NCBI GenBank assembly: GCA_965116885.1
Contig: OZ220741.1
Coordinates: 3,168,001 to 3,232,000 of the forward strand
Source of the DNA: Candidatus Latescibacterota bacterium
Lineage (GTDB): Bacteria; Latescibacterota; UBA2968
Length of the DNA stretch: 64,000 bases
Direction: 5' to 3'
Shown in pieces: positions 56,478 through 64,000 of this stretch. Both the position numbers and the translations under genes were made by a program. Each line of letters opens with the position of its first letter. Positions within the stretch are counted from its first letter, which is position 1. The notes under the pieces were generated by a model that did no database searches, was not told the origin of the DNA, and saw nothing but the letters and a program-made list of their open reading frames with translations.

Positions 56478-57668
56478 TCAGTGACCTTCTCCGGCAAAGG
56501 TTTCTGCCATGCGCGGATCGTGCAATGGCAGCAACGGCACACCTTTTAGCTGCATCGCAAAAAATCCCAACCACAAGCCGCCAATACTGACAAATGTCAG
56601 CACATCTGCGACGTAGCGATACAGTCCACTGGCACCACCGTGCCCAAAAGCCGGTGTAATAAAATAATAAAGATCGACATAGCGCATAATCAACATAAAA
56701 ATTGCGATAACCGTCATCAGCGCGGCGCGGCGTTTGATCGCCCGCTGCAATAATAAAAAGAATGGTAGAAAAAAGTGAAAAATAATTAATGCTGTCCCTA
56801 CATATTGCCAACCGCCATGCGATCGACGAATGTACCAGGGGGCTTCTTCGGCCAGGTTGCCAGACCATGTAATCAAAAACTGGGAAAAACTCACATAAGC
56901 CCACAGACATGTAAATGCAAACATCAGGGTGCCCAGGTCGCTCAAATATTTGAATGCATCAACTTCTCGATAGACCTCGACATCCTTTAATTTGATCACC
57001 CACAAGATGCACAGGGCCATGGCACCCAGTGCGCCACCCACCACAAAAATTAAGCCATAGATCGTCGAAAACCAGTGCGGTTCCAAAGACATGACCCAAT
57101 CGGTTGCCGCAAATGTAACGGTCAAGATAAACATGGGAATCCCGGGGCCACTCAGATTAATCATCCGGCTTTTTAGACCGGGTTCACCAGTTTCATCTTG
57201 CTCGCGCGACCATTTCGTTAGCAAAAACATCCAGAGCAGCCACAGGGCAAAATAAACGACCGCGCGAATATAAAATCCGGTTTCATTCAAATACGGTTTC
57301 TTAAAGGTCAAAATTGGATCTTTGGCTACGACATCTGTATGCGTCCATTCGTACAAATGATGCATACCCAGAAGTGCAATGGGAATAAACAGGACAGCCA
57401 TGAGCCACAGTGTGCGCGCGCCCGATTCCAATAACCGCCGAATGACAAATCCCCACCGTCCACTGACCAGATGGTGCAACATCAGCAATCCCAGACAGCC
57501 CAGAGATATGACCAACCAGTAGATATAGCTAACGAGATACGATTGGAAAAATTGCTGAGAGTCGGCAAAAGCAAGAATAAATAAAAGCACCACACCGCAG
57601 GCGCCTGCCAACAGGCCTCTTTGTTGCACTTTATCTACAAATGGATGGTCAAAGGATTTAGTAGCCAT
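56478..57668 (-). CDS. actF: Alternative complex III subunit F
   Basis: About 10 TM helices; DWVMSLEPHWFSTIYG, WAYVSFSQFLITWSGNL. Confidence 0.88.
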   Translation of the reverse strand: MATKSFDHPFVDKVQQRGLLAGACGVVLLFILAFADSQQFFQSYLVSYIYWLVISLGCLGLLMLHHLVSGRWGFVIRRLLESGARTLWLMAVLFIPIALLGMHHLYEWTHTDVVAKDPILTFKKPYLNETGFYIRAVVYFALWLLWMFLLTKWSREQDETGEPGLKSRMINLSGPGIPMFILTVTFAATDWVMSLEPHWFSTIYGLIFVVGGALGAMALCILWVIKLKDVEVYREVDAFKYLSDLGTLMFAFTCLWAYVSFSQFLITWSGNLAEEAPWYIRRSHGGWQYVGTALIIFHFFLPFFLLLQRAIKRRAALMTVIAIFMLIMRYVDLYYFITPAFGHGGASGLYRYVADVLTFVSIGGLWLGFFAMQLKGVPLLPLHDPRMAETFAGEGH

Positions 57669-57674
57669 AATATC

Positions 57675-58307
57675 CTACTCGTTTTCAAGCCGCTGACGCA
57701 CATCGGCAGGGACATCGTCCAGCGTGGCGTTTTGGCTCAGTTGTAACGCCTGAATATAGGCTATAATAGCCCATCGATCCCGCGGTTTGATACGCGATGC
57801 ATAGCTATACATTGCGCCAAAACCATTGGTCATGACATCAAAAAAGTAACCCGGTGTTTCATTTTGCAGCCGCTCAATATGGTATGATGGGGGTTGCTTC
57901 ATGCCTCGGCGCACCACCATACCGCGCCCATCACCTTCATACCCATGGCAGGGGGAGCAGTAAATATTGTAGCGTTCTCTGCCGCGGAGAATCACATCGC
58001 GCGTAATGGGAAAGGGAAAAGTCTCCGCCGGTTTACCATCTACTATTCCGGTATATAAATGCGCGTCTGTACGCAAATGTCCGCGTGCAACCGTGCCTTT
58101 TATCCAGGGCCGAGAGGACCGGTTATCCGCAAAAAAGGTATTTTTTTCCAGCGGTTCAAATCTCGACTGGTTGTACATTTCTTGCCGCAAACGCTCGATA
58201 TCTGTCGTGCCGTCACACCCCATTGCCATAAAGAGTGCGAACACCACAAGCCATCTCGCGGGGTGGGCAATTTTTACCCAATTAGCTAATTTACGGTTCG
58301 ACATCAT
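57675..58307 (-). CDS. actE: Alternative complex III subunit E (monoheme lipoprotein)
   Basis: Lipobox AMGC, GTVARG, CSPCHG, DRWAIIAY. Confidence 0.88.
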   Translation of the reverse strand: MMSNRKLANWVKIAHPARWLVVFALFMAMGCDGTTDIERLRQEMYNQSRFEPLEKNTFFADNRSSRPWIKGTVARGHLRTDAHLYTGIVDGKPAETFPFPITRDVILRGRERYNIYCSPCHGYEGDGRGMVVRRGMKQPPSYHIERLQNETPGYFFDVMTNGFGAMYSYASRIKPRDRWAIIAYIQALQLSQNATLDDVPADVRQRLENE

Positions 58308-58824
58308 CTACCTTTTTTGCTTTCAGGCTCTCGAGAAATGCACGGGTTTCGGTAATATCAAATTTGGGATCTTCGGCTTCGATACACAAAAAGAATCCAT
58401 CGCCAGAAGCGCGTTCAAAATTGGGCACATTGAAAACCGGGTGATAGGGACGAGGCAAACCATTGAGAATGAGCATGCCTATCAATGCACCGAAGGCGGA
58501 AAATAGCACGCCGAGTTCAAATGTCACGGGAATAAAAGAAGGCCAGCTCAAAAGGGGCCGACCACCCACATTGAGCGGATAGTCAATTACAGATACCCAG
58601 TACTGAAGCCCAAAGCCTGAACAGGCACCGAGAAGCGCACAGATCAACACAATGATGGGCACGCGGTGCTTGTCATAACCCATTGATTCCGACAAATCGT
58701 GTATCGGCATTGGAGAATAAGCGTCCATCTTGCGATACCCTTCTGCATATGAATCTTTCGCAGCTTTGAGCAATTCGTCGGGGCCATCAAATTCAGCCAA
58801 AAGACCGTATAAATTTTCAGCCAT
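58291..58824 (-). CDS. actD: Alternative complex III subunit D (DUF3341)
   Basis: DAYSPMPIH, DYPLNVGGRP, FIPVTFELGVL. Confidence 0.9.
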   Translation of the reverse strand: MAENLYGLLAEFDGPDELLKAAKDSYAEGYRKMDAYSPMPIHDLSESMGYDKHRVPIIVLICALLGACSGFGLQYWVSVIDYPLNVGGRPLLSWPSFIPVTFELGVLFSAFGALIGMLILNGLPRPYHPVFNVPNFERASGDGFFLCIEAEDPKFDITETRAFLESLKAKKVDDVEP

Positions 58825-58836
58825 AATCACACCCGT

Positions 58837-60231
58837 TTAATCATCGGCAGAAGCCGTTTCCGCCTGTTCGTTTTTATTTGCTACCAACTGGCGGATTTCA
58901 AAAATGTTAATGACGGGCATCACCCGAATAAACAGGATCATCATAAAGAGGAAAAATCCAATTGTGCCTGCGTACAATCCCCAGTCCCACGGCGTCGAGT
59001 GATACATATCCCAGGACGAAGGCATAAAGTCGCGGTGCAGACTCGTCACTACAATGATAAATCGCTCGAGCCACATTCCCACATTGATAAACATTGAAAT
59101 AATAAACAGCCATAGCGGACTCAGGCGCACCCGTTTAATCCACAATAATTGGGGAATGGCCACATTGCACAAGATCAATGACCAGTAAGTACCGGAATAA
59201 GGGCCAAATGTGCGATTTTGCATCATATAGCCTTCGTAGGGGCTGGCACTATACCAGGCAAAAAACTGCTCCATCGCATAGCCATAAGCCACAATGAGTC
59301 CGGTGGCCAGCATCACCTTGCCCATATTGTTCAGGTGACGATCAGTGATATAATCGTGCAATCCATAGAAGTAGCGAATGGGCAGCCCCAGCGTCAGCAC
59401 CATTGCGAAACCCGCATATACGGCACCCGCCACAAAATAGGGCGGGAAGATAGTTGCATGCCAGCCGGGAATCAGGCCTACGGAAAAGTCCAAACTCACG
59501 ATGGAGTGTACGGACAGCACCAGCGGCGTCGATACACCCGCTAAGAGAAGCGCGGCCATTTCATAGTTAAACCAGTGCTTGGCGGATCCGCGCCATCCCA
59601 TTGACAACACGCCGTAGATGATCTGTGAAATTTTGTGTTTGGCCTTGTCGCGCAGGGTGGCAAAATCGGGAATCAGGCCCAGATACCAGAAGATCAGAGA
59701 TACTGTAAAGTAGGTGCCAACGGCGAATACGTCCCATATCAGCGGACTGCGGAACTGCGGCCACACAGACATTGTATTGGGATAGGGCAACAACCAGTAA
59801 GCCGCTACCCAGGGACGCCCCGTGTGCAACAGCGGAAACATACCGGCGCACATGACAGCAAAAATGGTCATGGCTTCGGCAAATCGGTTGATCGAATTGC
59901 GCCATTGCTGACGCATAAGCAACAAAATAGCCGAGATTAACGTGCCCGCATGTCCAATACCGATCCACCAGACAAAGTTGATAATTGCCCAGCCCCAGCC
60001 AACGGGAATATTTAAACCCCAGATACCGGTCCCTTTGATTAGCAGCCAGGTCGCAGACAACATCAATAATTGCAGGATACCACCTGCAATTAACATCGCT
60101 GCAATCCACCCCAAAGGCGTGCGACTGGTGATGATAGCGCTGAGTCTTTGCGTCACCGTTGTATAGGTCTGCCCCGGACCGAGCACCGGCGCCGGCATCG
60201 TCGGATCTTTTATAGGTGCAGGACTACCCAT
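58837..60231 (-). CDS. actC: Alternative complex III subunit C (NrfD/PsrC family)
   Basis: NFVWWIGIGHAGTLISA, RFAEAMT, SPLIWD, LSVHSIVS, GWHATIFPPYFVAGA. Confidence 0.93.
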   Translation of the reverse strand: MGSPAPIKDPTMPAPVLGPGQTYTTVTQRLSAIITSRTPLGWIAAMLIAGGILQLLMLSATWLLIKGTGIWGLNIPVGWGWAIINFVWWIGIGHAGTLISAILLLMRQQWRNSINRFAEAMTIFAVMCAGMFPLLHTGRPWVAAYWLLPYPNTMSVWPQFRSPLIWDVFAVGTYFTVSLIFWYLGLIPDFATLRDKAKHKISQIIYGVLSMGWRGSAKHWFNYEMAALLLAGVSTPLVLSVHSIVSLDFSVGLIPGWHATIFPPYFVAGAVYAGFAMVLTLGLPIRYFYGLHDYITDRHLNNMGKVMLATGLIVAYGYAMEQFFAWYSASPYEGYMMQNRTFGPYSGTYWSLILCNVAIPQLLWIKRVRLSPLWLFIISMFINVGMWLERFIIVVTSLHRDFMPSSWDMYHSTPWDWGLYAGTIGFFLFMMILFIRVMPVINIFEIRQLVANKNEQAETASADD

Positions 60232-63229
60232 GCTGTGAAATCTCCGGATTGGGATTGGTCAATCGCGCCAGATACGTGGTGCGTGGTTTGGTATTTAATT
60301 CTGTCAAAATGCCGTAATTTCTCTGTTGGGCTTTGAGCTTGGCCACGCGGCTATTGGGGTCTTTAATATCGCCAAATACAATGGCATCTGTAGGACACGC
60401 ACCCTGACAGGCGGTTGTAATATCGCCATCTTTCAATTCTCGATCTTCGACCCTGGACTCAATGCGCGCGGCACTGATGCGCTGCACACAATAGGTACAT
60501 TTTTCCATCACGCCGCGACCGCGCACTGTCACATTGGGATTGCGCTGTAATTTGAAGCTCGGTGTTTCTTCATCGGCATAGTGAAGGAAATTGAAGCGCC
60601 GCACCTTATAGGGACAGTTATTTGAACAATACCTCGTGCCCACACAGCGGTTATAGGCCATATCGTTCAAACCCTCGGCGCTGTGTACGGTTGCGCCAAC
60701 GGGACAGACCAGTTCGCAGGGGGCATTTTCGCACTGCATACAGGGTACGGGCTGGTTGTAAAGTTCGGGGTTGTCCAGATCGCCCTTGTAGTAGCGGTCG
60801 ATGCGAATCCAGTGCATTTCGCGTCCGTTGAGCACCTCATCTTTGCCCACCACCGGGATATTATTTTCCGACTGACAGGCGACTGTGCAGGCATTGCAAC
60901 CATTGCACGAATTTAGATCAATTGCCATGCCCCAGGCTATGCCATCGTTGTCGTGAATGCCATCGAAAAAGTTTGCATCGGGACCGGGATCGTGTCCCAT
61001 TTCGTGTACAAAATGCGGATGTTTTTCGTATTCATCAACAGTACCAGACCGCACCAGCGCGCGGCCTTCCATGCTGTGGTGATCCTGTGTGCAGGCCAGG
61101 GGATACGTCTGTCCCGTTTTTGTCATTGACGCGCTCGATGCAACCCATGGAGAATCAGATGTCTGAAGAGCATAAGCGTTAAAGCCAACGCCATTACCCA
61201 CGCGGCCAGCGGCCGTGCGTCCAAAGCCGAGATGTACAGTGACGGCATTTGCGGGATGCCCGGGTGCGATCCAAACAGGTACTTCCACAGAGCGATCATT
61301 AGCACTCAACGCGACCACGTCACCATTTTGAAGCCCCATTACCTCGGCAGTTGCCGGCGCGATCAAAGCCGCATTATCCCAGGTGAGGCGCGTATGGGGT
61401 TTGGGCAATTCTTGCAACCAGCCATTGTTGGCATATCGTCCATCGCCAATTGTGGGATCCAGGCGGAAATTCACTTCGAGACCTTCATTCGCCTGCGATG
61501 GCGTGCCGTAATTTTCGGTCAAGCTAACAGATCGCTCGGGCAAAGCTGTATCGGGTACCAACCCGTCATGTAAATAAGTTTGCCAGGCTGTTTCAAAATC
61601 GCTGTCTTTGTATTGCTCCTGCCAATATTCTTTGACCCGGTCGTAATCCGTGCGTCCTTCTCCCAGCATCATAGCTACCAATTCTGCGGCGGACTTACCA
61701 CCGTAGAGTGGCTCAATCAACGGCTGGACGATAGAAACAGTGCCATCAAAAGCACGTGTATCGCCCCAGGCTTCTAATGCGTGTGCTTCGGGCAAATGCC
61801 AGTGAGACAATTGCGCGGTTTCATTTTGGGACTGGCCCAGATGGATGCGCGTTGCCACCTTCTGGTAAGCGGCAGCAAAATTGAGGTCTGCCGGTGCATT
61901 ATAGACGGGATTGCCACTCAGAACTACCAGCAGTGAAACTCTGCCTTCTGACATATCAACGGTTAAATCTTTGAGGGAAGCGTATTGATTGGTAGGTTCG
62001 GCTTCTACTGGGTCTGTGTACGTCACGGTGTTACCCACATTGCCCAACGCATCGTTAATGGCGTGTGCAAGTGCGTGAACAGCAGGCGGTTGATGGTCGC
62101 CTGCGATCACCAGCGATGCGCCCTGGTGTGCCGTCAAATCTTTGACCAGTGCATTGAGCCAGGCATCGTGTCCAGCACTATTGCCACCTGTCGTGTTTAT
62201 TCCCAATGCAACAGCTACTGCCCGCGCAAATCCCTCGACTTGACTGGCTTTCAATGGCAGGCGATGATCGGCAAAAGATCCCGTGTTAGATGGGGTAGAT
62301 TCAACGACATAGATTCGATTCATATCGGCCTTTTGGCCGTCAATGACCTGGCGGCCCAGAGCAACGTGACGAGCGTGTCGAACACTTGCCGCACCGCTTT
62401 CCATAAAATCGGCGTCTAAAGACAAAATGCGTTTGGCTTTTTCAAAATGATACTGCGTTTCGACCACTTCGCCAAAAGCCATCTTGGCGCCTTCGCGCAT
62501 GTTGTCGCGTGTCCCAGGCTCAAATTGATGCCACCTTGCGTTGGGATATTTTTCCAATAGTGCGCGAATCTGGCTGATCAAAACCGGAGAAGTCACCGTT
62601 TCTGTCAACAGGCGCAATTCTTCTCCCTGGTCTAAATCGAGTTTTGCCACTTCGGTTGCAAGAGTCGCAGAAAATCTCGTCCATGTACTCGCACGCCCAT
62701 TTGCCACGGGTACCTGCGTGCGGTCCGGGTCATAGAGGTCGAGTATTTGAGCCTGTGTAATTGCATCTGTGGGACCAAAAGTCGCATTGCCCGATCGGGG
62801 TGTTGCTGGATGTGAGGGATTGCCCTCTATTTTGGTTGGGCGCCCCGCATGGCTTTCGACCAGTACGCCCCGGGCGAATCCGCCTTGAGAGAGAGCCGAA
62901 GCAAAGAACAGGGGTTTGCCGGGAATGATCTGCTCGGGAGCACGCACATAGGGGACAATTTTTTCTGGCGGCTGGCGAGTACACGATGTCAAACCAGCAA
63001 ATGCCAGAGACGCACCCATTACCTGTAGAAATTTGCGGCGACCGACTTTGTCGTCCCATTCGGAGGCCCCTTCGGGAAATTCGCGGTGCAAATAGTTGCG
63101 AAATTCTTCCGTATCGGCCAATTCATTCAGGCTGCGCCAATAATCCTGCCCCTCGCGCGAAGCCAAGCGTTCTCGAATCGCAGAGAGATCCAAACCGTCT
63201 TTATGTGCTGTGCGTGTCATCGATGACAT
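60224..63229 (-). CDS. actB: Alternative complex III subunit B (molybdopterin-oxidoreductase-like plus Fe-S domains)
   Basis: YWRSL, Tat motif RRKFL, GRPTKIEGNP, NNGWLQELP, CNGCNACTVAC, CMQCENAPC, CVGTRYCSNNCP. Confidence 0.93.
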   Translation of the reverse strand: MSSMTRTAHKDGLDLSAIRERLASREGQDYWRSLNELADTEEFRNYLHREFPEGASEWDDKVGRRKFLQVMGASLAFAGLTSCTRQPPEKIVPYVRAPEQIIPGKPLFFASALSQGGFARGVLVESHAGRPTKIEGNPSHPATPRSGNATFGPTDAITQAQILDLYDPDRTQVPVANGRASTWTRFSATLATEVAKLDLDQGEELRLLTETVTSPVLISQIRALLEKYPNARWHQFEPGTRDNMREGAKMAFGEVVETQYHFEKAKRILSLDADFMESGAASVRHARHVALGRQVIDGQKADMNRIYVVESTPSNTGSFADHRLPLKASQVEGFARAVAVALGINTTGGNSAGHDAWLNALVKDLTAHQGASLVIAGDHQPPAVHALAHAINDALGNVGNTVTYTDPVEAEPTNQYASLKDLTVDMSEGRVSLLVVLSGNPVYNAPADLNFAAAYQKVATRIHLGQSQNETAQLSHWHLPEAHALEAWGDTRAFDGTVSIVQPLIEPLYGGKSAAELVAMMLGEGRTDYDRVKEYWQEQYKDSDFETAWQTYLHDGLVPDTALPERSVSLTENYGTPSQANEGLEVNFRLDPTIGDGRYANNGWLQELPKPHTRLTWDNAALIAPATAEVMGLQNGDVVALSANDRSVEVPVWIAPGHPANAVTVHLGFGRTAAGRVGNGVGFNAYALQTSDSPWVASSASMTKTGQTYPLACTQDHHSMEGRALVRSGTVDEYEKHPHFVHEMGHDPGPDANFFDGIHDNDGIAWGMAIDLNSCNGCNACTVACQSENNIPVVGKDEVLNGREMHWIRIDRYYKGDLDNPELYNQPVPCMQCENAPCELVCPVGATVHSAEGLNDMAYNRCVGTRYCSNNCPYKVRRFNFLHYADEETPSFKLQRNPNVTVRGRGVMEKCTYCVQRISAARIESRVEDRELKDGDITTACQGACPTDAIVFGDIKDPNSRVAKLKAQQRNYGILTELNTKPRTTYLARLTNPNPEISQHG

Positions 63230-63885
63230 GTCGAGCAATCCGTGGAAGGGTTAATATCGTAGTCTTGAACCAGTTGTGCGCCCAGCAAGGCTTGAGAGAC
63301 CGCATGTCCGCGTTCATCCATTGGTGTCCAGGCCATATTGAAAACTTCTTCGCGAGGACGCACATATTTCTCGGGTGTCCGGTGACATTCCAGACACCAT
63401 TCCATATTGAGGGCGTTCACTTTCCACATCAGGGGCATTTGATCGACCTGCCCGTGACATGTTTGACATCCGATGCCTTTGTGGACGTGAATGCTGTGAT
63501 CGAAATAGACAAAATCGGGGAGATCGTGTACGCGAACCCACTCTATGGGATTACCCGTGCGATAACTTTCGCGGATGGGTTCGAGAAGGGGGCTTTCAGT
63601 CCAAATCTGAGAATGGCAGGTCATGCAGGTTTCAACAGGAGGGATATTGGCGAAAGAAGATTCTTCAACAGAGGTGTGACAGTAGCGACAATCGAGGCCC
63701 ACGCCGGTCACGTGGTGTTTGTGACTAAAGGGAACCGGCTGTTTTTTTGCGACCTGGACATCGGTTGTATAGTGCAATCGGTTGGTGTTGAGCAGAATGG
63801 TGAGGCCCGTTCCAACAACAACCAGAACCACGACAATACTGATTCTGGCATACGCGTTACTACCACGCGGAAAAAGCTGCGCCAT
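63217..63885 (-). CDS. actA: Alternative complex III subunit A (pentaheme cytochrome c)
   Basis: Five CxxCH motifs (CRYCH, CMTCH, CQTCH, CLECH, CSTCH), QPVPFSH, N-terminal TM helix. Confidence 0.93.
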   Translation of the reverse strand: MAQLFPRGSNAYARISIVVVLVVVGTGLTILLNTNRLHYTTDVQVAKKQPVPFSHKHHVTGVGLDCRYCHTSVEESSFANIPPVETCMTCHSQIWTESPLLEPIRESYRTGNPIEWVRVHDLPDFVYFDHSIHVHKGIGCQTCHGQVDQMPLMWKVNALNMEWCLECHRTPEKYVRPREEVFNMAWTPMDERGHAVSQALLGAQLVQDYDINPSTDCSTCHR

Positions 63886-63946
63886 TTATGAATCCTGTGA
63901 AGTGAGATGAGACAAAATGAGATCAGATCAAGCCTACGAAGGGCTT

Positions 63947-63974
63947 AATATACACGAATCTACATGCGAGTCAA
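63947..63974 (-). promoter_or_regulatory. Putative sigma70 promoter of the act operon
   Basis: Minus strand TTGACT-16 bp-TATATT. Confidence 0.45.
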
Positions 63975-64000
63975 GTAATAAGTTTCTCTGATAATTAAAC

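Noticed and set aside
62986..63891. 301-aa plus-strand ORF
   Set aside because: Antisense to actA/actB, which carry clear heme and Tat motifs.
1..64000. tRNA/rRNA genes, CRISPR arrays, integrases, intact IS elements
   Set aside because: None recognised by eye; intergenic gaps are short and mostly explained. A covariance-model scan is needed to exclude small RNAs.

Overview
Bacterial chromosomal segment with about 55 genes. I saw no rRNA, tRNA, CRISPR array, integrase or intact transposase. Gene content suggests a Latescibacterota/Poribacteria-like heterotroph (inference only): three Cys-type sulfatases, five Gfo/Idh/MocA oxidoreductases, three MDR dehydrogenases, two sugar-phosphate epimerases, two HpcH aldolases, a dockerin/EF-hand surface protein and a DUF6785/6784-type membrane protein. 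The left part holds housekeeping genes (manC, nadA, a lone divergent mraY, hisI, prs, archaeal-type trmY) and a window-truncated MpaB/Lcp-like (DUF2236) oxygenase that the ORF track missed. The right end holds a complete alternative complex III (actABCDEF plus an actG-like gene), SCO and an A2-type caa3 oxidase operon. The strongest unannotated signal is a complete histidine attenuator upstream of a lone, non-canonical hisI: an apparently leaderless 49-aa His-rich leader peptide with protector, antiterminator and terminator helices. Also notable are a tandem amidohydrolase pair resembling AibH1H2/PtmU3-type dinuclear oxygenases, a signal-peptide-less DUF1800-DUF1501-NHL operon, and a toxin-antitoxin hotspot with a decayed hicA. 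All family assignments come from motif recognition by eye; no database search was run.
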